43,267 nucleotides of DNA from a bacterium (GTDB lineage Bacteria; Patescibacteriota; Minisyncoccia; Phycocordibacterales; PALSA-1337): NCBI GenBank assembly GCA_021782175.1, contig JAJXVL010000002.1, positions 1 to 43,267 of the forward strand, given 5' to 3'. The translations under genes and the position numbers were made by a program. The stretch's first letter is position 1, and each line of letters starts with the position of its first letter. Below, piece by piece: positions 21,598 through 30,005 of the stretch. The notes beneath the pieces were generated by a model. That model was not told the DNA's origin, did not search any database, and was given only the letters and a program-made list of their open reading frames with translations.

Positions 21598-23007
21598 CTA
21601 TTTTTGTTTGGCTGGTTTTTCTACTATTTTGAGGCCTAGCTCACGATATTGTTTCTCTGAGATTTCCGAAGGCGCTCCCATCATCAGATCTTTGCCTTCA
21701 CCAGTTTTGGCAAAAGCAATGACTTCGCGAATATTGGGCTCATTCTCGAGAAGCATGACCGTGCGATCGATACCCGGGGCAAATCCACCGTGGGGTGGAG
21801 TACCAAACTTGAAGGCATCGAGCATGTGGCCAAATTTGGCGCGCTGCTCCTCGGGTGAAATATTCAGGTATTCGAAGACTTTCTGCTGCATTTCCGCCTG
21901 GTGAATACGGATAGAGCCAGAACTTAGCTCGTAGCCATTCAAGACCAGATCGTAGGAATTGGCGCGTACAGACAAGAGGTCTTGGCCAGTCATGAATTTG
22001 TCGCGATCCTCGTCCTTGATCGAGCAGAAAGGATGATGAGCGGCTTGGATATTGCCATCCTCATCCTTTTCAAACATGGGGAAGTCCACGATCCAAGCAA
22101 AAGCCAGCTCGTCAGGGTCCTGTTTGTTCTCGCGCAAGTCCGGCTTGTCGCTGCCGTACTGTTTCATCGACTCGGCATAAGTTAGACGCGGGAATGGTGC
22201 GGTAGTGATGCGCTTGTTGGGGTAGAGTGCCCGAATCAATTCGGTGAACATTGCCTCAGTGTATTGCAAAATGTCTTCTTGGGTCACGAAAGACATTTCG
22301 AAATCGAGCTGAGTGAATTCTGGCTGGCGATCACCGCGTGTATCTTCATCACGGAAACAGCGGGCGATCTGGAAGTATTTCTCGAAGCCGGCCACCATGG
22401 AGAGTTGTTTGAATTGTTGAGGTGATTGCGGCAGAACATAGAACTTGCCATGTTCCAGGCGAGAAGGAACAACATATTCACGTGATCCTTCTGGTGTACC
22501 CTTCATCATGATGGGTGTTTCGATCTCCACGAAATCGTGGCGGTGCATATAGTCACGGAAGAAAGTGATAATGCGATCACGGGCACGGATGTTCTTCTGC
22601 ATGCGCGGGCGACGCAGGTCCAAATAGCGGTATTTGAGGCGCACATCCTCGCTGATTTCGCGACCATCACTGCGCACATCGAAAGGCGGTGTTTCAGCCT
22701 CGTTGAGCACTATGAGCTTGGTTAACTCCAGTTCGATATCACCGTTTGCTTCGTCTGCCGAGACCATTTTGGCTGGACGTTTGTTGACTGTGGCTTCAGC
22801 TTGGATAACCCATTCGGAGCGTACGCGGCCAGCGATTTCATGAGCTTCAGTGTGATTGGGTAGGGCTACAGCTTGGACTTTGCCGCTCATATCACGCAGA
22901 TCCAAGAAGATTAGTTTGCCATGATCACGGCGCACATCGATCCAGCCATAGACCATGACTGTCTCACCAACAGCCTGTTGTAAATCCTTGATGTAAGTTC
23001 TTTTCAT
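21598..23007 (-). CDS. aspS: Aspartate--tRNA ligase, bacterial-type core without the GAD insertion domain
   Basis: The track start is TTG 23043; I prefer ATG 23007, which sits 7 nt after TATATT. 469 aa. Motifs present: GTPEGSREYVVPSR, QSPQQFKQL, FEKYFQIARCFRDED, GSDKPDLR, HHPF, GGFAPGIDR. Confidence 0.9.
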   Translation of the reverse strand: MKRTYIKDLQQAVGETVMVYGWIDVRRDHGKLIFLDLRDMSGKVQAVALPNHTEAHEIAGRVRSEWVIQAEATVNKRPAKMVSADEANGDIELELTKLIVLNEAETPPFDVRSDGREISEDVRLKYRYLDLRRPRMQKNIRARDRIITFFRDYMHRHDFVEIETPIMMKGTPEGSREYVVPSRLEHGKFYVLPQSPQQFKQLSMVAGFEKYFQIARCFRDEDTRGDRQPEFTQLDFEMSFVTQEDILQYTEAMFTELIRALYPNKRITTAPFPRLTYAESMKQYGSDKPDLRENKQDPDELAFAWIVDFPMFEKDEDGNIQAAHHPFCSIKDEDRDKFMTGQDLLSVRANSYDLVLNGYELSSGSIRIHQAEMQQKVFEYLNISPEEQRAKFGHMLDAFKFGTPPHGGFAPGIDRTVMLLENEPNIREVIAFAKTGEGKDLMMGAPSEISEKQYRELGLKIVEKPAKQK

Positions 23008-23096
23008 GGACCGCAATATACCACGAAGACAGGCTCTTTTCAATGAGATTATACGGTCATGAATCGCTCGTAAAGAATGCGGCGATTGAGCTGTGT

Positions 23097-23102
23097 TATA
23101 AT
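23097..23102 (+). promoter_or_regulatory. Extended -10 TGtTATAAT, 8 nt upstream of ATG 23111
   Basis: Exact TATAAT preceded by TGt. Confidence 0.5.
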
Positions 23103-23110
23103 CGTTTCGT

Positions 23111-24136
23111 ATGAATCAAACTCAAGACCTTCATCCCGAAATTAACGCTCTAGCCCCGGCTGTTCTCTCTCTGGTCAAACAGGCTCACTCGATTTTGCTC
23201 CATTGTCATCCTTCACCGGATCCAGACTCAGTCTGCTCGGCCCTAGCGATGAAGTTTGTCTTGGAGAAAATGGGTAAGCATGCCGTGGTCATCCAGGGTG
23301 ATTCGAAATTGCCCCCAGCCTTCGAACACTTTCCGGGAGCGGGGGATATTGTCAGACAGAATTTTTTTGAGATTGATCACAAAGAATTCGATCTATTTAT
23401 TTCTCTGGATAGTTCAACCATAGATAGAGTTTCGAATGTTCAACCGGTAGTTTTTCCGGACTATTGGCAAACAGTCAATATTGATCACCATCGGACCAAT
23501 ACGCGTTTCGCCCAGATCAACCTGGTGGCTGATACTTATCCGGCTACCAGTCAAATCCTTTTTGAGCTCTTTGCGTTGTGGGGAGTTGAAATGGATCATG
23601 ACATTGCCGCCAATTTGTTTGTCGGTATATATACCGACACGGGTGGTCTCAAATATCGTGGTGTTTCGCCAAAGACTTTCCATATCGCCGCGGCGCTTAT
23701 AGATCTGGTGCCTGATTTTAGCGACTTGATTTCCCAGATGGAAAATTCCAATACACCTGGCACGATTGCTTTCCAAGCTTTGGCTTTGAGCCATATAGAG
23801 ACTTTTTGCAATGGTCAGTTGGCCATGTCTATTATGACCAGAGCTGATCTGGAGAGCCTGAATATAAAAGATGACGATATTGGCACCAGCCAGATATCAC
23901 CAATTCTGCGGTCAGTTATCGGCTGGGATATTGACGTTGTGCTCTTTGAGGCTGAGACAAACAAGATCAAGGTCGGTTTGCGCACCCGTGATGCTGAGCG
24001 TTTCGATGTTTCCAGGCTAGCCGTAGCCCTTGGTGGTGGGGGACACAAAGCGGCTGCTGGAGCTATTTTGGCTATGTCTATACCAGCCGCCAAGGAGTTG
24101 ATAGTCGAAAAAGTAAAAGAATTATATAATCTCTAG
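23111..24136 (+). CDS. DHH family phosphoesterase (NrnA-like oligoribonuclease / pAp phosphatase)
   Basis: 341 aa with HPSPDPDSVCS (DHH motifs I-II), NIDHHRTN (the DHH motif) and the C-terminal DHHA1 motif GGGGHKAAAG. Confidence 0.8.
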   Translation: MNQTQDLHPEINALAPAVLSLVKQAHSILLHCHPSPDPDSVCSALAMKFVLEKMGKHAVVIQGDSKLPPAFEHFPGAGDIVRQNFFEIDHKEFDLFISLDSSTIDRVSNVQPVVFPDYWQTVNIDHHRTNTRFAQINLVADTYPATSQILFELFALWGVEMDHDIAANLFVGIYTDTGGLKYRGVSPKTFHIAAALIDLVPDFSDLISQMENSNTPGTIAFQALALSHIETFCNGQLAMSIMTRADLESLNIKDDDIGTSQISPILRSVIGWDIDVVLFEAETNKIKVGLRTRDAERFDVSRLAVALGGGGHKAAAGAILAMSIPAAKELIVEKVKELYNL

Positions 24137-24140
24137 TATT

Positions 24141-24821
24141 ATGAATATTTATTTCCGTTGGTCCATAGTAATCCTAGCGGTACTCGCTATCGTGGGGGCT
24201 TGGTTCTATTTTGATCATCGCTACAATGACCTGACACCACTTGATTCGTCCGCAGCCGCAAATCTGTCAGCCATTGTGACCCCTGCAACCTCCGTGTCTG
24301 GACAAAGTACTACAACCACTACTAACAATCATAATGTCAATTTCATGCATACCATCACTATTCAGACGAATTTCGGCCCGATCGTTTTCGAAACTTATGA
24401 TGCTGATGCTCCCAAGACCGTAGCCAACTTCATCACTTTGGCTGAAAAAGGTTTCTATAATGGCCTGATCTTCCACCGAGTGATCCAGGGCTTCATGATC
24501 CAGGGTGGTGATCCGACTGGCACCGGTATGGGTGGTCCGGGTTACAAATTCGCCGATGAACTCAATCCGAACACGCCTTCGTTCCAGGCTGGTTATGTCC
24601 GTGGCACAGTGGCCATGGCCAATGCTGGTCCGAACACCAACGGTTCGCAGTTCTTCATTATGCAAAAGGATACTCCTCTGCCACATAGCTATACGATCTT
24701 CGGTCGAGTGATCTCTGGTATGGATACCGTAGATGCCATTGCCGCTACGCCGGTCGACGGTAATGATCGGCCTCTTTCTCCAGTTACCATGGAGAAGGTG
24801 ACGGTGGAAAACACCAAATAG
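24141..24821 (+). CDS. Cyclophilin-type peptidyl-prolyl cis-trans isomerase with an N-terminal membrane anchor
   Basis: FHRVIQGFMIQGGDPTGTGMGGPGY and GTVAMANAGPNTNGSQFFI are present, preceded by a TM helix and a Ser/Thr-rich linker. Confidence 0.9.
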   Translation: MNIYFRWSIVILAVLAIVGAWFYFDHRYNDLTPLDSSAAANLSAIVTPATSVSGQSTTTTTNNHNVNFMHTITIQTNFGPIVFETYDADAPKTVANFITLAEKGFYNGLIFHRVIQGFMIQGGDPTGTGMGGPGYKFADELNPNTPSFQAGYVRGTVAMANAGPNTNGSQFFIMQKDTPLPHSYTIFGRVISGMDTVDAIAATPVDGNDRPLSPVTMEKVTVENTK

Positions 24822-24832
24822 GCAGGCTATTT

Positions 24833-25627
24833 ATGTCTGATTTCTACAACCCACGCCGCACCAAAGGTTTGTTTGACCCAGCCGCTACGGAGCCTTTCAA
24901 GGTTAGCCGTTCCAAGATCGATCTATTCTTGAACTGCCCGATGTGTTTCTATCTGGATCGTCGGCTGGGCGTCGGCCGTCCACCTGGTTTTCCTTTCAAC
25001 CTCAACTCAGCTGTTGATACTTTGATCAAGAAAGAGTTTGATATCCATCGCGCGGCCGGCAGTGCTCATCCGCTGATGTCCGCTTATGGTCTCAAGAATA
25101 TCAAACCATTCGCACATGAATCTCTGGATATTTGGCGTGATACCTTCAAGGGGATTGAATATTTGCATCAACCAACCAATCTGCGCATCACTGGCGCCAT
25201 TGATGATCTCTGGATCAACCAGGCCGGCGAATTGATCATTGTCGATTACAAGGCTACCAGCAAAGAAGAAAAAGTAAGTTTGGACAAGGAATGGCAGATC
25301 GGTTACAAGCGTCAGATGGAAATTTATCAATGGCTTTTCCGGCAAAATGGTTTCAAGGTATCTTCAACGGGATATTTTGTCTATTGCAACGGCCGCACAG
25401 ACCGCAAAGCCTTCGATGGTCGTCTGGAATTCGATGTAGACCTTATTCCTTACGAGGGTCAAACTGATTGGATTGATAAAGCCTTGCTTGATCTCAAAGC
25501 CTGTCTGCTTCTGGAAAAATCTCCCAAGCCCGCCGCCGAGTGTGACTATTGTCGGTATCGCAAAGCAGCTAGGGATGTCCAAGTTTCGGTTGTGGCACCA
25601 AAGCGGAAGAAGGGATCGTCACATTGA
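24833..25627 (+). CDS. PD-(D/E)XK nuclease family protein (Cas4/RecB-like, four-Cys)
   Basis: IDDL...IIVDYK (D, D/ExK) and the QxxxY-like EIYQWL are present. Cys pairs CPMC near the N-terminus and CDYC near the C-terminus suggest a Cas4-type Fe-S cluster. Confidence 0.65.
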   Translation: MSDFYNPRRTKGLFDPAATEPFKVSRSKIDLFLNCPMCFYLDRRLGVGRPPGFPFNLNSAVDTLIKKEFDIHRAAGSAHPLMSAYGLKNIKPFAHESLDIWRDTFKGIEYLHQPTNLRITGAIDDLWINQAGELIIVDYKATSKEEKVSLDKEWQIGYKRQMEIYQWLFRQNGFKVSSTGYFVYCNGRTDRKAFDGRLEFDVDLIPYEGQTDWIDKALLDLKACLLLEKSPKPAAECDYCRYRKAARDVQVSVVAPKRKKGSSH

Positions 25628-26765
25628 AGGTTGTGCCCAAACCGGCCCGACTGGAAAACTTGATTTTGCCGTGCAGTTCGCGCTCAACAATGCTTCGAGC
25701 CATGATCAAGCCGTAGCCGTGTCCATTGGGTTTGGAAGAAAAAGGCCGTCGCATGATCGCGCGAGCTTCTTTGTTTGTCATACCACAACCATTATCGATC
25801 ACAGATATTTGCCAACCACCATGTTTGGCACGTGATACCGCCACTCTGACGGTGAGAGGCACTTCCGGGAATCTTTGTGCTAGGGCGCAGGCCTCAATGG
25901 CATTGTGCAAAATATTCAAAAAAATTTGTTCCAAGCGCACGGGGTGTATCTTGACATAGCCTGTTTCAGGGCATTCGAGCATCAACTGCACCCGATTGAT
26001 CCGGGCATTATAACTGACTATGTTTTTGGCCATTAGCAAACTCTCCGCCAAATTGGCCGAAGGTTTGGATTCATTTGTAGTTGGGTTGATAAAAGTTCTT
26101 CTCAGATGATGCATGAAATTTTCCAAGTGTCGGCCGGTGTCAATCAGACCGGCCAAGTCTTTCTCGAGTATGTTCAATTGTGAACCAGCTATCATGTTGG
26201 TGTACTGAATCTGGGTTGCCAGACCTGCCAGAGGAGTCATTAGATCATGGAACAAACCTTTGGATAATTCACCAAATTGAGCGGCTCGAGCCAAGTGTTC
26301 CAACCGGACAGTCTCACGGTGATAGATCAGTCTGATCATGAGTCCTATCAGCAAAAAACCACCAGCAAAAGTAGTCATATCAAAAAAGGTGATAGTGGTT
26401 ACTTGCCAATCAGGTAATAGGGGATTGACGGCTTCTCTGATACTCAACAAAATAAAAACAGCTATGACGCTGGCGGGAATACTAGCCATGCTGATGGATC
26501 CTGACAACAAACAGAGAGTCAGAATAATCAAAGGTAAACCGATCAAAGTATTGAACCACTGAATCTGCCAGAACCAAACGGCGTAACTTATGGCAAGGAT
26601 AAAAAATACCCACAAAGAAATGAAAATCAAGCTGCTAAAAGAAGCGGTGAAACTGTCGGTCCAGTTACTGGCTGCTTGACGCCACAATCCCGCCGCTTGA
26701 GCCTTGAAGGCTTCTACGGCGGAAAGCGTTTTTGCGAATACTTTTTTATGCGCAAAGGACGACAT
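25569..26765 (-). CDS. Sensor histidine kinase, membrane-embedded (no obvious extracytoplasmic sensor domain)
   Basis: 398 aa with about five N-terminal TM helices, the H-box FHDLMTPLAG, the N-box NILHNAIEA, and G-boxes DNGCGM and GHGYGL. Confidence 0.85.
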   Translation of the reverse strand: MSSFAHKKVFAKTLSAVEAFKAQAAGLWRQAASNWTDSFTASFSSLIFISLWVFFILAISYAVWFWQIQWFNTLIGLPLIILTLCLLSGSISMASIPASVIAVFILLSIREAVNPLLPDWQVTTITFFDMTTFAGGFLLIGLMIRLIYHRETVRLEHLARAAQFGELSKGLFHDLMTPLAGLATQIQYTNMIAGSQLNILEKDLAGLIDTGRHLENFMHHLRRTFINPTTNESKPSANLAESLLMAKNIVSYNARINRVQLMLECPETGYVKIHPVRLEQIFLNILHNAIEACALAQRFPEVPLTVRVAVSRAKHGGWQISVIDNGCGMTNKEARAIMRRPFSSKPNGHGYGLIMARSIVERELHGKIKFSSRAGLGTTFNVTIPSSALVPQPKLGHP

Positions 26766-26918
26766 GTGGCTCTGGCGATCTCGATCAGGGAAGATTTTGC
26801 TCGCCGGCGATCATAGCCCTTGATAATAAGAGTCATGTCGACTCATGACTCAGCAGCACACTATCAAATTAGGTCTAAAATTTTCTTCAAGAAAGATTAA
26901 AATCCAAATGAATTTTTC

Positions 26919-27590
26919 TCAGTGGCTTCTGATAAGATATCCGCGTCCGGGGATATTGATAATTAGTCCGGTCAAGCCTTTTTCGGAAAGTTTCCTGCGT
27001 AGATTCCTGATATGGGCTTCTACGGTATTTGAGAAAGGATTACCGTCGGCTGTCCAGATATGTTCCATGAGTTGGGCTCTGGAAACGATTGTATCGACAT
27101 GTTCCATGAAATATTGAAGCAAATTGAATTCTTTGCGAGTGAGAATAATTTGTTCCTCGGCATATGTGACAGCGTGAATGTTGGGATCCAAGACTAGTTT
27201 GCCAACTTGCAATTTGGGATTTCTGATGCAAGGTGATCTTCGGGTGATAGCTGATAATCTGACTCTCAACTCGTCTAGAGAAACAGGTTTGGTCATGTAG
27301 TCATCGGCACCTTCATTCAGAGCAGCGATCTTGACCTCGACCTCATCAGTCACTGATACAAAAATAATCGGCGTAGTCTTTCCAATAGCTCTGATCTCAC
27401 GACAAACAGTCAGGCCGTCTTTGTTGGGCAGGGCATAGTCCAAGACGATGGCATCATATTCATAACTGCGCGCTAGAAAAGATCCATCGGCTCCATCGTG
27501 GGAGATTTCGACGGTATGGAAATAGGCCGTTAGACTGTCTTTGACGATCTTGGCAGTGTTGCGGTCGTCCTCGACAACCAGCACTTTCAT
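26919..27590 (-). CDS. OmpR/PhoB-family response regulator
   Basis: I moved the start to ATG 27590 (MKVLVVEDD), 7 nt after TGgTATAAT. It has a receiver domain and a winged-helix output domain (TRKEFNLLQYFMEH, RGYLI). About 223 aa. Confidence 0.9.
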   Translation of the reverse strand: MKVLVVEDDRNTAKIVKDSLTAYFHTVEISHDGADGSFLARSYEYDAIVLDYALPNKDGLTVCREIRAIGKTTPIIFVSVTDEVEVKIAALNEGADDYMTKPVSLDELRVRLSAITRRSPCIRNPKLQVGKLVLDPNIHAVTYAEEQIILTRKEFNLLQYFMEHVDTIVSRAQLMEHIWTADGNPFSNTVEAHIRNLRRKLSEKGLTGLIINIPGRGYLIRSH

Positions 27591-27597
27591 GCGGGCT

Positions 27598-27603
27598 ATT
27601 ATA
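27598..27603 (-). promoter_or_regulatory. Extended -10 TGgTATAAT (minus strand), 7 nt upstream of ATG 27590
   Basis: The minus strand reads ctggTATAATagcccgcATG. Confidence 0.5.
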
Positions 27604-27609
27604 CCAGAG

Positions 27610-27627
27610 TTGCTTTTCCGGAAGCAA
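27610..27627. promoter_or_regulatory. Inverted repeat between the divergent regulator and rpsP promoters
   Basis: TTGCTT ttccgg AAGCAA, containing the palindrome TTCCGGAA, lies between the two -10 boxes (27598-27603 and 27633-27638). Confidence 0.3.
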
Positions 27628-27645
27628 TCTGGTAAAGTCTGCCCC

Positions 27646-28086
27646 ATGTTGACTATTAGATTACAGCGCGTCGGCCGCAAGCACGAACCAACTTTCCGAG
27701 TGGTTTTGACCGATTCCAAGAATGGCCCCAAGAGTGGCAAGTACTTGGAGAATCTCGGTTGGTACGATAGCCGTCGCAAGAACAGCCTTGATCAGCTGGA
27801 TGTAGAACAGATCAAACACTGGTTGTCCAAAGGCGCCCAAACCTCGGTGACGATTCATAACTTCCTGGTGAGTCACAAGGTTATTAGTGGCAAGAAGCTC
27901 AACGCTTTGCCTCGGAAAAGCCCAATCAAGAAAGAGGGTGAAGCTGATGCTTCTGCGGCCGCTCCGGTTACGCCAGCAGCTACAGAGGCTGCTCTTGCCC
28001 CAGCAGCTGCCGCAGTTCCTACGACTGAGGCCGCACCGGAAGCTGCACCTGTTTCTGAGGCACCGGCCAGTCCCGCGCAAGCTTAA
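27646..28086 (+). CDS. rpsP: 30S ribosomal protein bS16 with an Ala/Pro-rich C-terminal extension
   Basis: I moved the start to ATG 27646 (MLTIRLQRVGRKHEPTFRVVL), 7 nt after TAAAGT. 146 aa against about 80-90 typical; the last 55 or so residues are low-complexity A/P/E. Confidence 0.9.
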   Translation: MLTIRLQRVGRKHEPTFRVVLTDSKNGPKSGKYLENLGWYDSRRKNSLDQLDVEQIKHWLSKGAQTSVTIHNFLVSHKVISGKKLNALPRKSPIKKEGEADASAAAPVTPAATEAALAPAAAAVPTTEAAPEAAPVSEAPASPAQA

Positions 28087-28104
28087 TATTGCTGTTGTGG
28101 AAAA

Positions 28105-28140
28105 AATGGCCCCAAGCCGTCAATTGACGGCTTGGGGCCA
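28105..28140 (+). other. Perfect 16-bp hairpin between rpsP and the KH-protein gene (attenuator or processing candidate)
   Basis: ATGGCCCCAAGCCGTC aatt GACGGCTTGGGGCCAT, with no U-tract on the + strand. A second 9-bp hairpin lies at 28156-28182. Confidence 0.5.
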
Positions 28141-28206
28141 TCTGTTACAATTCACTGTAGTACAGGTTCGTTGTCTGTACGACTCTTACCAGCTATTTCA
28201 CTGAAT

Positions 28207-28557
28207 ATGCCATTAGACCAGCAGTTCCTAGAATTTGTGATCAAGGCTCTAGTCGACAATCCAGATCAGGTCAAAGTGACCCGTTCTGTAGATGAAATGG
28301 GTGTGCTCATGACCCTTGATGTGGCTGCCGCTGACATGGGCAAGATTATTGGCCGTCAGGGCAATACCGCCAAGTCCATCAGGACTCTCTTGCGTGTTGT
28401 CGGTATGAAGAATAATTCCCGCGTCAATCTGAAGATCAATGAGCCGGCCGGTGGTTTGCGTTCCGCCGAATATCAAGCCGAAAAAACCCAAGCCCCATCG
28501 GTTTCTTCAGCGTCCAAGACCGTAGATGAAGCCATGGCTGATTTGGATTTGGGATAA
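28207..28557 (+). CDS. KH-domain RNA-binding protein (YlqC/UPF0109-like) with a C-terminal extension
   Basis: I moved the start to ATG 28207. The core has the GxxG loop (GKIIGRQGNTAKSIRTLL) and the conserved position after rpsP. About 116 aa. Confidence 0.8.
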   Translation: MPLDQQFLEFVIKALVDNPDQVKVTRSVDEMGVLMTLDVAAADMGKIIGRQGNTAKSIRTLLRVVGMKNNSRVNLKINEPAGGLRSAEYQAEKTQAPSVSSASKTVDEAMADLDLG

Positions 28558-28596
28558 TTCGTAATTCCTCTTTTCTTCTCAAGAATTATTGGGAAC

Positions 28597-28625
28597 AAAA
28601 AGCGAACTTTTAAAGTTCGCTTTTT
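28597..28625. terminator. Bidirectional rho-independent terminator
   Basis: AAAAAGCGAAC ttttaaa GTTCGCTTTTT. It overlaps the last codons of the minus-strand DoxX gene. Confidence 0.7.
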
Positions 28626-29065
28626 GTTTGGGTGCCACCGGGCAAAACAATCGTCGGTGTGGCAAAAGCGTCATGACGCATGAAGCGGTCCAGGGTGAAC
28701 CAATCAGAACCGTTGAGCCAGATGGTTAGGGTGGCTGCCGCGATGCCGAAGTCGCGTACGCCAGTCGCATTCAGGCCGACAATGACAAAAATATCGATAA
28801 TATGCAGAGCCAAGAGAGCAGATGTCCATCGTGTGAAGAATCCCAACAGCAAGGCTGAACCCAGGATTATTTCGAAAATGGCGTTCAAAAAAACAATAGT
28901 AGTCACGGCCAGACCAGAGAAGTTAACAACACTATCAGGTACGTAAGCTACCCATTGATTGGGATCGGCAATCTGATTGATACCAAACCACAAGAAGACC
29001 AGAGCAATGCTCAGTCGCAAGACCACCGGGGAGAATAGACGCAGATTTTTCATAAAAGAAGTCAT
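28610..29065 (-). CDS. DoxX family membrane protein
   Basis: 151 aa with four helices. LRLSIALVFLWFGINQI and the GFFTRWTSALLALH pattern are typical of DoxX. Confidence 0.75.
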   Translation of the reverse strand: MTSFMKNLRLFSPVVLRLSIALVFLWFGINQIADPNQWVAYVPDSVVNFSGLAVTTIVFLNAIFEIILGSALLLGFFTRWTSALLALHIIDIFVIVGLNATGVRDFGIAAATLTIWLNGSDWFTLDRFMRHDAFATPTIVLPGGTQTKSEL

Positions 29066-29074
29066 GTTGATTAC

Positions 29075-29080
29075 ATTATA
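29075..29080 (-). promoter_or_regulatory. Extended -10 TGtTATAAT (minus strand), 9 nt upstream of ATG 29065
   Basis: The minus strand reads gtgtTATAATgtaatcaacATG. Confidence 0.5.
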
Positions 29081-29134
29081 ACACTATTATTGATAAGTAT
29101 TTATTATCCAGAGCATAATCTCGGTTCGGTTTTG

Positions 29135-30001
29135 TCAGAAGAAATGCCCAGGAAAATTCTCGGAAACAAGACTCTGACGATCGGCGTAGACAATCGCATA
29201 TGCAAAATCAAATTTTCGAGACAATTCGGCTGGTGAGGTGAAGAAGAGTGCCGTCGCCAGACCGTCGGCCAACATAGTTGTTTGAGCCGTGACCCAAAGA
29301 GCCTTGATGTGGCTGGGTGAGGTTGCTGTGTGAGGATCGATAATATGATGGAAACGATCCCAGGCCCGACGGTTGCCGGCCGATCCCGCCAAGCCACTTT
29401 TCTCGATTTCCGCCAAACCGATCACTAGAGCCTGATTGTCCGGATCTTCTAGGCCTACGCGTAGTTTATGTTTATCAGTCGACGAATAACGCAGATCACC
29501 GCCGGCGTTGACGAAATATTTTTGGAAACCAGCTTGCTCAATCATGTTTGAAACCAAGTCAATAGCATAACCCTTGCCGGCCGCGCCGAAATCTAGTTGC
29601 ACCGGTTTCAGAACATTCAACCAAGGCTCCTGATAATCAATCATCTCATCCCATGATTCAGCCGGGGCGATCTGAGTTTTGGGTTTCAGGGAATAATTCT
29701 CATCGTAGCCGGCATCCACTAGTACTTGGCCAATCAAGGGAGTGACTTTGCCGTTGGTGGTTTGCCAGAGTTCTCTATAGAATCGGATCATATCTCCGGC
29801 ATCAGCAGGCATCTTGTATCGGCCAGCCTTGTGAGCTATTTGACTGACCAGGGAGTGAGAACGAAAACGAGAGTAATTATTTTCGAAGGTTTCTAATCTC
29901 TCACGGATCAAGCCAATGATTTTTTTGCTGTCCAACCCGGTGTTATTATCCAGCCCAATTTCCCAGCTGGTACCGAGAGCTGTGAAGCTACTTTTTTCCA
30001 T
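29135..30001 (-). CDS. apbE: FAD:protein FMN transferase (ApbE family), no signal peptide
   Basis: I prefer the start at ATG 30001 (MEKSSFTALGTSWEI), 4 nt after the upstream stop. The track extension to 30055 is Pro/Lys/Arg-rich and overlaps the upstream gene. ApbE-like motifs present: AxGTxW, GFQKYFVNAGGD, HHIIDPHT, DGLATALF. Confidence 0.8.
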   Translation of the reverse strand: MEKSSFTALGTSWEIGLDNNTGLDSKKIIGLIRERLETFENNYSRFRSHSLVSQIAHKAGRYKMPADAGDMIRFYRELWQTTNGKVTPLIGQVLVDAGYDENYSLKPKTQIAPAESWDEMIDYQEPWLNVLKPVQLDFGAAGKGYAIDLVSNMIEQAGFQKYFVNAGGDLRYSSTDKHKLRVGLEDPDNQALVIGLAEIEKSGLAGSAGNRRAWDRFHHIIDPHTATSPSHIKALWVTAQTTMLADGLATALFFTSPAELSRKFDFAYAIVYADRQSLVSENFPGHFF

Positions 30002-30005
30002 TCTT

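Noticed and set aside
26830-26851. Perfect 8-6-8 palindrome GAGTCATG tcgact CATGACTC in the 153-nt gap between the response regulator and histidine kinase genes
   Set aside because: It is real in the sequence but short and isolated. It is most simply an intercistronic stem-loop or an incidental SalI-containing palindrome. Nothing supports a stronger claim.
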